Below are positions 9,095 through 18,500 of a DNA stretch of 64,000 nucleotides, one piece after another. Origin of the DNA: an uncultured Armatimonadetes bacterium (GTDB taxonomy: Bacteria > Armatimonadota > Fimbriimonadia > Fimbriimonadales > Fimbriimonadaceae); assembly GCA_903927025.1 (NCBI GenBank), contig CAIYLG010000018.1:55105-119104 (forward strand). The letters run 5' to 3'. The notes under the pieces were generated by a model. It ran no database searches. It saw nothing but the letters and a program-made list of their open reading frames with translations, and was not told where the DNA came from. Positions within the stretch are counted from its first letter, which is position 1. Each line of letters begins with the position of its first letter. The translations under genes and the position numbers were made by a program.

Positions 9095-11205
9095 TGAAAG
9101 ATTTCCTCCTAGATGATGCGTATGCCGAGGCGGTGTACGCAGGAGCACTCGGAAAGATCATCGGGGTGTACGCCGGCCGCCCGTTTGAGGGCTGGGCTCA
9201 CGAACAGATCACTGCCCGGTTCGGAGAGATCGATCGATATGTTGCGGCAGAGATGGGAGTGCCGCTGGTCGTTACCGACGACGACATCAGCGGGACGTTT
9301 ACTTTCCTAAGAGCTCTCGCCGACCAGCAGGACAATCCCGAACTGACTGCTGAGCAGATCGGACAATGTTGGCAGAACTACATCATCGAAGGTCGAACCA
9401 TTCTCTGGTGGGGCGGACTGGGAATGTCGACGGAGCACACTGCATTTCTTCGCATGCAGGAAGGAGTTCCCGCTCCTCGAAGCGGTTCGATTGAACTGAA
9501 TGGAAAGACCGTTGCCGAGCAGATTGGTGCCCAGATCTTCATCGATGGATGGGGACTGATTTGCCCCGGAGACCCAGTGCTCGCAGCAAGCTTCGCCAGA
9601 CGCGCGGCCAGTGTGAGTCATGATGGGGAGGCGATCTATGCTGCCCAGGTTGTGGCCGCGCTAGTGGCCAATGCATTTGTCGAGAAGAATATCGACAAAC
9701 TGCTTGACACGGCCACGTCGCTCATTCCCAGCGACAGCGTCATCGCGCAGGTGATCCGTGACGTCCGAAGTTGGCGTGACATCGGGCACGATTGGAAAGC
9801 GGCATTTCAGCTCCTAAAGACCAATCACGGCTACGAGCGCTACCCAAGCAACTGCCACGTGGTCCCCAATCACGGTGTCGTCATCCTTGCCTTGATCTAC
9901 GGCGAAGGGAACTTCGCCAAGTCCCTGATGATCGCCAATACGTGCGGCTGGGATACCGACTGCAATAGCGGAAACGTGTGCTGCATCGTCGGTGTCATAA
10001 GCGGTCTGAAGGGAATCAATGCGGACTATGACTGGCGAACGCCAATCCGCGACGAGCTCTACCTTCCAACTGCAGATGGAGGCAGATGCGTTTCTGACGC
10101 AGTGCAAGAATCACTTGAGATCGTGCGAATGGCAAATGCGATCCGCGGAAAGCCCGCCTCAACACCCAGAGAGCGCTTCAGTTTCTGCTTTCCAGGTTCT
10201 CAACAGGGTTTCCGAGCTGACGGTCTTGAACTTTCCAACCAGCACCGTCGACTCACGATGACACTGTTGGATCAGGAGGGATCGGCGATGACAGCAACCA
10301 TTCCACCAAAGGATCTTCGAGATTCAACCTTCTACAGTGCGATGTTCAGCCCAACGCTGTCTTCCGGGCAAACTGTTAAAGCACGGATCCACAGCAATCA
10401 GCGTGTGCGCGCCCAGTTGGTCGCAGAAATTCCGATAGAAGGTCAGGCGACAGAGCAGGTTGGATGCGAGTGGATCACTCTCGCTCCCGGACATGCCGAA
10501 GAAATCAGCTTCCAGATTCCGCAGATCGGGGGGCCGTGCATTTCCAGAATTGGATTGAATATCACCGGCATGCCGGGCGATCAGATTGAGATGGAATGGC
10601 TAACGTGGGACGGATGCCCTTCCGTTACGCTGAAGAAAACTCCTGGCGACCTGTGGCTGAAGTGTTGGGCTAATGGAGTCTCCAGTTTTGATGAGTATCG
10701 GAATGGGTATTCATTAATCCAGAACCACGGCACAGGGTTGGTGATCTACGGGTGTCGGGAGTGGACAGACTATGAAGCCGAGGCTGCGGTTACGATCTAC
10801 CTAGCCGATGCCGTTGGAATTGCGGTGCGAGTCCAGGGCATGAAGCGGTTTTATGCGCTGCTTATTACCTCTGAAAATAAACTGCAACTAATACGAGGTG
10901 GGTTCCCTGATAGGATCCTAGCGGAACGCTCGTTCTCCTTTATGCCAGACGATAAAGTCAAGCTTAGGCTCTCTGTGGAGGGCAACCGACTCAGTGGAAA
11001 GGTGAACGGAGAGATCGTGCTAGTGGCGGATGATTTCGACGCACCGCTTCTCAATGGAGCCGCTGGAATCGTTCTCACGAAGGGACGTTGCAGCTTTGAG
11101 GCCTTTGCGATTAAGCCCATCACAACGGATGGCACAGTAGCAGATCATGCGGACCCTAGCGAAATTACAGAGTCCAGTAATCAGTCATCATCTGGGATGA
11201 GTTAG
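9094..11205 (+). CDS. ADP-ribosylglycohydrolase-family protein with C-terminal beta-sandwich domains
   Basis: Metal-binding motifs VTDDD and WDTDCN, plus GKIIGVYAGRPFEGW. TGATG overlap with the GH32 stop. Confidence 0.88.
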   Translation: MKDFLLDDAYAEAVYAGALGKIIGVYAGRPFEGWAHEQITARFGEIDRYVAAEMGVPLVVTDDDISGTFTFLRALADQQDNPELTAEQIGQCWQNYIIEGRTILWWGGLGMSTEHTAFLRMQEGVPAPRSGSIELNGKTVAEQIGAQIFIDGWGLICPGDPVLAASFARRAASVSHDGEAIYAAQVVAALVANAFVEKNIDKLLDTATSLIPSDSVIAQVIRDVRSWRDIGHDWKAAFQLLKTNHGYERYPSNCHVVPNHGVVILALIYGEGNFAKSLMIANTCGWDTDCNSGNVCCIVGVISGLKGINADYDWRTPIRDELYLPTADGGRCVSDAVQESLEIVRMANAIRGKPASTPRERFSFCFPGSQQGFRADGLELSNQHRRLTMTLLDQEGSAMTATIPPKDLRDSTFYSAMFSPTLSSGQTVKARIHSNQRVRAQLVAEIPIEGQATEQVGCEWITLAPGHAEEISFQIPQIGGPCISRIGLNITGMPGDQIEMEWLTWDGCPSVTLKKTPGDLWLKCWANGVSSFDEYRNGYSLIQNHGTGLVIYGCREWTDYEAEAAVTIYLADAVGIAVRVQGMKRFYALLITSENKLQLIRGGFPDRILAERSFSFMPDDKVKLRLSVEGNRLSGKVNGEIVLVADDFDAPLLNGAAGIVLTKGRCSFEAFAIKPITTDGTVADHADPSEITESSNQSSSGMS

Positions 11206-11220
11206 GATTAGAGAGGGAAA

Positions 11221-13806
11221 ATGGATCGGATCAGAGTAAATGAGACCTACCTGCGCGGCGGTGGAATACCCGGCGTCGGTACGTTTTTGTTGCTCGTTGA
11301 ATCTGGTGTTCGCGCCCCGGGAGTTGATGTTGCCGTGGAGCAGTGTCTTAGGCACTTCTACGGGACCTTAGTCGCCAGCTCCGGCGGCTACACATTTCTT
11401 GCCTTTTCCAGGCCTTCCGAAGCGCTCCAAGCGGCAGTCCAGCTTGTTGGAAACTTAAAGACCCGTGTCCTCGCTTCTGTGATGATCAGTGAGGTCGATC
11501 CGAGCGCAGGCGGGTTCGATCCCGTCGAAGATCGACTGGTGGGAGCAGCCTCGAAGGCCGAATCTGGACAGATCGTCGTAAATTTAGCGATGCACGAGCT
11601 TGCCCGGGCTTCGTTAGATGCCGATTTTTCGTTCGATGAACTTGGGAGTTTTCAGATCGGCAGGGACGGCTACCAGGAGCGTCTCCTGCTCGTGCAGCAC
11701 CCCGACCTGCCCAATCGAGAAATCACGGTCACTCGAGGTCGCGCGGTCTATAGGACTTCGACCTTCATCGGACGCGATCGTGAGATCACTGCACTAAGAA
11801 GACAGCTTGATCTCTCCCGCACGGTAACCATTGTTGGCCCCGCCGGGATTGGAAAGACAGCGCTGATCCATCGACTCATCACGGATGTTGAGTCCGACTT
11901 CGCCGACGGAACCCATTACATCGACTTAGGTCCAGTCGCCAGAGAGAGCATGTTGCTGCCAAACATCAACCGCCTGCTCGGGGTTGGCAAGCTGCCGGGC
12001 GAGGATAACCTCGATGCTCTGGTAGCCGCTTTCAGAGAGAGGCGGGCCCTGCTGGTATTTGACAGTTGCGAGCACTTGGTTTCTGCCATTCGCAAGGTCA
12101 TCGACACTCTATTGGGCGAGTGCCCCAACATGGCAGTCTTGGCGGGAAGCCAAACGAGCCTTAAGACTCTTGGCGAAGACCGCTATCCGCTTAACGGTCT
12201 GGAGGTGCCTTCTCCTCTTGAGGATTGGCACAGCATTCGCGAGTACGAAGCAGTTGCGCTTTTCATCGATCGTGCCCAGCTGGCAAACAATCAGTTTGTA
12301 TTCGACGAGTCGATTTCTCAAGCGGTTGTCAACATCTGCAGACGCCTAGACGGCATTCCTCTCGCAATCGAGCTTGCGGCTACCAAGACGGCCATTCTGA
12401 GTCCACGGCAGATTGTGGACAGGCTGGATGATCGGTTCCTTCTTCTACAAAATCGCCAGCCAAACGCATCAGAAAAACATCAGACGCTTCGCGCCACCAT
12501 CGACTGGAGCTATGGGCTGCTGGACGGCCACGACAGAGCCCTCTTGCGCAGACTTGCTGTCTTCGCCGGCACGTTCTCAGTTGAACAGGCGGAACATGTT
12601 TGCGCATACGACGATGATCTGCGTCCCCGGGATGTGTTGGGAGCATTTGAAAAACTAGTCGATTGCTCGTTTCTGTCCAACTCATCGGTGAGGACCACCG
12701 ACAAGCGGTTCTTCCTTTCGGAAACGATGCGCTTATATGCCACAGAAAAGCTTCGTGAAGCCGAGGAGGAAAAGGTCCTCCTCAAGCGCCATCAGGCTTG
12801 GTGTAAGGAGTTCGCAGAAAGAGTCAATCAGGAGTTGCTGGGAGCAGATCAGCTTGCTTGGATTGAACGCATGGATGCCTCCTATGAAGACGTCCGGCTG
12901 GTTATCGAATCTGGATTCCAAAAGGGTGGCGATCCGCTTCTCTCCGTGGACACACTGATTTCGAGCAATCGCTTCTTCATCCTTCGCAACTATTACTCTG
13001 AGGGCTTAAGGCTTGCCGAAAAGGCAATCGCTTGCAAAGGCTGCGAAGCGAGCCCGAAGTTTGTTCGAGTGGTGAATCTCGCTGGCGTGCTCGCAACCTA
13101 TCTGGGCGACCGAGTTCGGGCGCGGCGATACGTGCTGCAGTGCTATACCGTGGCGATGCGTCGCGGAGACCTCGAAGTTGCCGCCTCTGCGATGGTCAAC
13201 CTCGCGATCAGCGTTCAGACCGGTGGCAATCTCAAAAAAGCCTGCCGCTACTACAACCGCGCCGCTCGCTCATTCCGCGCAATTAGGAACAATCAGAAGC
13301 TCTTCATTACGCTCGCCAACGTCGTTGGCGTTGAGGCAGACCTCCACTTGCTGGATCAGGCGCATGCTCACCTTGACGAGGCTCTTTCCCTTGAGGATGC
13401 CCTGGTCGACACTTCCACAATCGCGAAGCTCTATCAGAATGCGGGCCATCTCTGCCTAATGGAAGGGCTCCCGCTCCAAACGATCGACTACTCTGTGAAG
13501 TGCCTCCCCATTCTCGAAAAGCTGGGAGACTTTACTGCCGTCGCCACCACGTGGAGAACCGCCGCCCATGCTGCCGCTCAGCTTGGGAATTTTCAAGCGG
13601 CCTCCGTCTTTTGTGGTGCAGCTCGAAAACAGGCTGCCTCCATGGAAGGCCCATTGAAGTCAATGGACGTCGACATGCTGGACGACCTAAGCCAGCGCAT
13701 CATTGAAGAACTAGGCGAACATCTTTTCCGAAGCCATTCCCTCATTGGCTCTCTCATGAACATCGGACAGCTCACTCAAGAACTTGAGAGACTCCGGGCC
13801 AACTGA
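11221..13806 (+). CDS. STAND-class (NB-ARC-like) ATPase with a degenerate cyclase-like N-terminus and TPRs
   Basis: P-loop GPAGIGKT, Walker B LLVFDSCEH, RLDGIPLAIELAA, HQTLRATIDWSYGLL, and C-terminal helical repeats. Confidence 0.88.
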   Translation: MDRIRVNETYLRGGGIPGVGTFLLLVESGVRAPGVDVAVEQCLRHFYGTLVASSGGYTFLAFSRPSEALQAAVQLVGNLKTRVLASVMISEVDPSAGGFDPVEDRLVGAASKAESGQIVVNLAMHELARASLDADFSFDELGSFQIGRDGYQERLLLVQHPDLPNREITVTRGRAVYRTSTFIGRDREITALRRQLDLSRTVTIVGPAGIGKTALIHRLITDVESDFADGTHYIDLGPVARESMLLPNINRLLGVGKLPGEDNLDALVAAFRERRALLVFDSCEHLVSAIRKVIDTLLGECPNMAVLAGSQTSLKTLGEDRYPLNGLEVPSPLEDWHSIREYEAVALFIDRAQLANNQFVFDESISQAVVNICRRLDGIPLAIELAATKTAILSPRQIVDRLDDRFLLLQNRQPNASEKHQTLRATIDWSYGLLDGHDRALLRRLAVFAGTFSVEQAEHVCAYDDDLRPRDVLGAFEKLVDCSFLSNSSVRTTDKRFFLSETMRLYATEKLREAEEEKVLLKRHQAWCKEFAERVNQELLGADQLAWIERMDASYEDVRLVIESGFQKGGDPLLSVDTLISSNRFFILRNYYSEGLRLAEKAIACKGCEASPKFVRVVNLAGVLATYLGDRVRARRYVLQCYTVAMRRGDLEVAASAMVNLAISVQTGGNLKKACRYYNRAARSFRAIRNNQKLFITLANVVGVEADLHLLDQAHAHLDEALSLEDALVDTSTIAKLYQNAGHLCLMEGLPLQTIDYSVKCLPILEKLGDFTAVATTWRTAAHAAAQLGNFQAASVFCGAARKQAASMEGPLKSMDVDMLDDLSQRIIEELGEHLFRSHSLIGSLMNIGQLTQELERLRAN

Positions 13807-14034
13807 TCATCCACTCTGTTTAACCGAGGAAGCAGTTTCTCAATACGTGTCGTTATGCATTTTTATTTCTAAAAATATATACATTATATACTATAAGAAT
13901 TTACCGTTTAAATTAAGACGATGTACCGATCTTGGGCAATGAGAGGTCGCCTTAAATTATCTATTAGCATCAAAAATCCGAATTTTTATATTTGAGGTAC
14001 TAGATTTATTCACTTCTGTGGTCTATGATAAAGC

Positions 14035-14523
14035 GTGAATAAAACAACCCTCATCAAATTCTCTTTCGTCTTCGTTACCACCGCCACAATTCTGATGGCG
14101 GGCGTTCCTCAGTCCGCTATTGCGCGAGAAACAGCTACCGTACCTATCGTTAAGACCAACTCAGAAGCCAACCTCGGATCGGTAAAAGATTCGACGACAA
14201 TCCCCATCGTTGCCACTCCGACCCAGTCTGATGTCACCGCCAAGCCCGGTGGTGAGCCTTCCGACGACACCGTGACGGTAACCATCAGCGTCAACTCCGC
14301 GCCAACAACTGACACCGTCCTCACCATTGACACCAGCCACCACGACGCCCTGAGCTTCCCTGCGACTGTCACTATTCCTGCAGGCACCACTTCGATCACA
14401 ACCAGCGGTGTGATCGTGCCTGGAGATGGCAAGCACCACAAGAACGTGCGCATCTACGTGACAGGCAACGGCACCACCATCGAAACTAAGGTGAAGGTCC
14501 ACTACGTAAGCGAGCAGGACTAA
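14035..14523 (+). CDS. Small secreted protein with one Ig-like repeat
   Basis: Signal peptide, Thr-rich linker, and VTVTISVNSAP...FPATVTIPAGTTS. TATGAT lies 5 nt before the GTG. Confidence 0.8.
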   Translation: MNKTTLIKFSFVFVTTATILMAGVPQSAIARETATVPIVKTNSEANLGSVKDSTTIPIVATPTQSDVTAKPGGEPSDDTVTVTISVNSAPTTDTVLTIDTSHHDALSFPATVTIPAGTTSITTSGVIVPGDGKHHKNVRIYVTGNGTTIETKVKVHYVSEQD

Positions 14524-14554
14524 CCAACTCCAGAGAGTCTAAGATGAGGAGCAA

Positions 14555-14579
14555 GACTCCGGTCGAATAGGCCGGAGTC
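14555..14579. terminator. Intergenic stem-loop (possible terminator or stabiliser; no U-tract)
   Basis: GACTCCGGTC-GAATA-GGCCGGAGTC, a 10-bp stem with one G-U pair. Confidence 0.45.
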
Positions 14580-14593
14580 AGCTATACTCAAAC

Positions 14594-15493
14594 ATGACCC
14601 AGCGGTTGCCAGAGTGGCTAACAATCCGTCTGCCGCGCCCTGACACGATCAAAGAAGTTCAGGGAATGATGCGGGCTAAGAGCCTGCATACCGTTTGTGA
14701 AAGCGCGCGCTGTCCAAATTTGCCCGAATGCTGGAGCAAAAAGACCGCGACGTTTATGATTCTTGGAGATACCTGCACGCGAAGCTGCGGCTTCTGCGCA
14801 ATCAAAGTCGGAAAGGGACTTGAACTCAACCCTGATGAGCCGGCTGATATTGCTCAAGTAGCAACGGATCTTGGTCTTAAGCACATCGTTGTGACCTCAG
14901 TGGCACGAGACGACCTCGCTGACGAGGGCTCAACCCAGTTTGCAGAAACAATTCAAGCGCTCCACAAGTCAAACCCTTTAGCGATTGTCGAAGTTTTAAC
15001 ACCCGACTTCAAAGGGAAAAAATGGTGCATTAAAATAGTCACTGATGCCCATCCAGAAATTTACAACCACAATATTGAGACGATAGAGCGCCTCCACACT
15101 GTGGTGCGTCCCCAAGCCAAATATGAGCGCACCCTTAGTGTCCTCCGAACGGTGAAGGAGCTTGATCCGACGATCTACACCAAGTCGGGGATCATGCTTG
15201 GACTTGGAGAGACCGAAGCGGAAGTCATCAAGACGCTTAAAGACTTGCGCGACGTCGGTGTTGACGCTGTGACAATTGGCCAGTATCTGCGCCCAACAAT
15301 GCGTCACCTTCCGGTGAACGAGTTCATCCATCCGAGCGTATTCAAACAATACGAGCAGATCGGCGAGGAGTTGGGCTTTGCATTCGTTGCAAGCGGTCCG
15401 TTCATTCGAAGCTCCTACAACGCAATTGAATTCAGCAAGAAGGTCATGGCAGAGCGTGTGGCAAGTCTTGACGCTCAACAGACTTCAACCTAG
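14594..15493 (+). CDS. lipA: Lipoyl synthase
   Basis: CESARCPNLPEC (CX4CX5C), CTRSCGFC (radical SAM CX3CX2C) and C-terminal RSSY. TATACT lies 5 nt before the ATG. Confidence 0.97.
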   Translation: MTQRLPEWLTIRLPRPDTIKEVQGMMRAKSLHTVCESARCPNLPECWSKKTATFMILGDTCTRSCGFCAIKVGKGLELNPDEPADIAQVATDLGLKHIVVTSVARDDLADEGSTQFAETIQALHKSNPLAIVEVLTPDFKGKKWCIKIVTDAHPEIYNHNIETIERLHTVVRPQAKYERTLSVLRTVKELDPTIYTKSGIMLGLGETEAEVIKTLKDLRDVGVDAVTIGQYLRPTMRHLPVNEFIHPSVFKQYEQIGEELGFAFVASGPFIRSSYNAIEFSKKVMAERVASLDAQQTST

Positions 15494-15559
15494 GCACTCG
15501 ACATCGCTTAAACCAGGGAGGAACTCATTCGAGCGGATTCAGGAACGCTCAAGCTGGCT

Positions 15560-18500
15560 GTGGTTTTGGCCCCCCTCGCGATTGTCGCGTTCTGGGGCTC
15601 CTCTTACATGCTTGACTGCATCCGCACGATTGAGTCCCCTGGCGTCCCAATCGAGATCTGTCTTCACACCGATGCAGGGGACCTCACCCTAGCGGCAGCG
15701 TCCTATTCCATTTCACCGATGCGCGGGACGGTCTATGTCACAAGGCCCAAACTTATGGGACCTGGTGGTGGAATCCTGGCTCAGTTGGACACTCTTGAAG
15801 TTTCTGGCATTCGGTTGATGGACGGCGGGAGCCAGGCACTAAAGATCCGAGGTTCGAATCTGAGCGGTCGAGTCGAGCGCAAAAGCAACGGAAAGTTTGA
15901 TTTCGAGGCGTTCATTCCATCCCACGGTGGCTCACCCAGCGAAATCTCTTTTGATGTCGACATCAACCGTGCCCACATTGAATTTGTGGATCAGGGCCCA
16001 GAAGGTCCTTGGAACACCGTAATTGATTCCCCGCGCGTCGCGGTAGCGGGTCTTGGACAAGATTGGACCGCTTCAGGAAGGTTCATCGCTTCGGGCGTAG
16101 GTGGAGTGGACCTCGATATTCACAACAGCACTCAAGCCGGGTTCACGGTCTCCGGGTCGACCGAATCAGCTCAACTTGCTTCCGTCGGTTCCCATTTCCT
16201 TCAAAGTCCTCTCCTCTCCAAAATAGGCACGCTCAGGCAGGCCACCGCAACATCCTTAGTGGCATCAGGGCCCTTTCGGGTACACGTTCCGCACGACGCA
16301 CCGCCAACTGTTCAGGCAAATGTCTCAGTCACCGGTGTCGGATTAAAGTGGGAAAAATTTTCTGCCCAGCAAGCTCAATTTAAAGGGGAGATCACCGAAT
16401 TGGGGGTGAAGGGAGACCTGACACTTCTTGATGGCAAGACCACGGCAGCATTTACCGGCAGCACGACCTGGAAGCATGGTTTCGCTGCCGCAGGTCGAAC
16501 CACTCTGGCTGCCCCAAGCACATCGGCACTTCCCGCCTGGATCCGAGCATTTGTACCCGCGGCGGCTCAGTTTCAAAATGGAACGTTTGTGGGTTGGCTG
16601 TCCTATCACTCCGCGGCATCCTATCACGTTTCGGGCGAAATTACGGCCACGAATGCTGGCCACGATCAACTTTCTGTTTCTGGCATTAGGGCGAAACTCG
16701 AGGCCCAGGGTCGGCGAGTCGTCGTCGAATTAGAAGACGGCCAATTGGCACAGAAACCGATCACCGGAATCTTTGAAATCGACCCGCTCGAAAAACGAGT
16801 AAAGGGAACGCTCACGGCAGAGAAAGTGGACCTTGCCAGCCTCGGTGGCCAGTTCGGGTTTCATCAGGCCGCCGGAGACGCTCAGGTTGTGGTCATTATC
16901 AGCGGAACGACACAGAAACCTCGATTTGAGTTTCAGTCGTCGGGCCAGGGAATCGCCAGCTTCCCCGGGGACCACACCATCTCCCTTGGTCACTTCGACG
17001 TTTCGGGGGCATACGACACTGGCAACATTACACTGGACAGAGCTCTGTTCAATACACCGGAAGGAGTCGTACAGGCCCACGGCGGGATGAAGCCCTCGGG
17101 AGAGGTCAATGCGACCCTCGTCGCGAGGGGAATCCTCGCCGCGGCGTATGACCCACGGTTTAGCGGATCCATCAACGCGACGGCAACGCTGAGCGGCACT
17201 CTCAAGAACCCCTACGCATCAGGGAGGCTAGAAGGGTACGACCTGATGTATGGCACCAAAACAGTCCCCGCCATAGTGTCGGACTTCAAGGCTGATCGAA
17301 CCCAGCTCGAGCTTGACAACTTGGAGGCGGCTCGAGGAACAGCAAGCCTGGAGGGCTTTGGAAATCTACAATTTAAGGATAAAAGCCTACACGTTTCCGC
17401 AGCCGTCAGAGACGTTCAACTCGCCGAATGGCTTGGCGATGCTTTCGTCGGCTCTGTCGATATACCGTCCGTCGAGGTAAGCGGCACCTTGGCTCACCCG
17501 CTTGCGTCGGCAAATGTTGAGGGGTCTAGCGTCGTTGTTGATGGGGTGAAAATTGATACGGTCTCCGCATCAGTGAGCGCAACCGAGAAATCGATCCTAC
17601 TCAATCATGCAGTTTTCCTCGGTGCAGACGGTAAGACTTCCGCCTCAGGAAGCTATGACATCGAACGTGCATTCGGTTCAGTACAGATGAATGTGGAAGG
17701 ACTCTCCGTCGAACGAATCCTTCCTTCTTTCACGGACGCTGTGTTTGCCCATGGCACCGTGAATGGTTCGGGGTCGGTATCCATAAGGAATGGTCGTATT
17801 GCGGATGGCAGCGCTTCCGGAAACTTGAAGTCCATCGCCGTCAACGGTACACCGATTGGAGATGGCATCTGGGATTTAAGGTCAGCCAGTTCGGTCTTTC
17901 ACGGACAGATCAGCTTGGGTGACAGCGAGCGCTACATTCATGTCACAAATGCATCGTATGACCCTGACCGAAATCGTGCTGCCGCAGATGTAGCCGTAAA
18001 AAACATTCAGGCAACGAATTTTCTTGACTCGGCATCCAATATGCTCTCGAGCCTATCTGCCGAGTCTAGAGACATGTTGGACTCGTTTGATGGCTCGATT
18101 TCCCTTGATACGCACATCGAGGGAACGGTGCAGGATCCGACGGTCCAAACGAAGTCGCTGCAGCTGTCCAACTTAACGTTCCGGAAAGTGCCAATCGGGG
18201 AATTCAACTCCGCTTTCGAACTCAACCACCACCGCTGGACGATTGCGAATGCATCTCTTTCCAAGGGACCTGCCCTCGTATCTGTCCACGGAACCGTTGA
18301 TGCCAAGGGCGAGATGCACCTGGACGGAACGAACGACAACCGCTTTGATCTTGGCCAACTCTCCGCCCTAGATGCCAGATTCAGTCGGCTCACAGGCACT
18401 GCCAACCTTTGGTTCACTGCAGATGGACCGATCCAATCCCCGAAGGTCGTGGCCTCCCTCAACTTTGACAATCTGTTTGCACCGCCGGGCCTTGCCCCAA

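Noticed and set aside
9094-13806. ARH + STAND as an Avs-like antiphage system
   Set aside because: No nuclease, TIR, SIR2 or protease effector; the STAND resembles signalling ATPase-TPR families, and the ARH is coupled to GH32. It cannot be excluded without testing.
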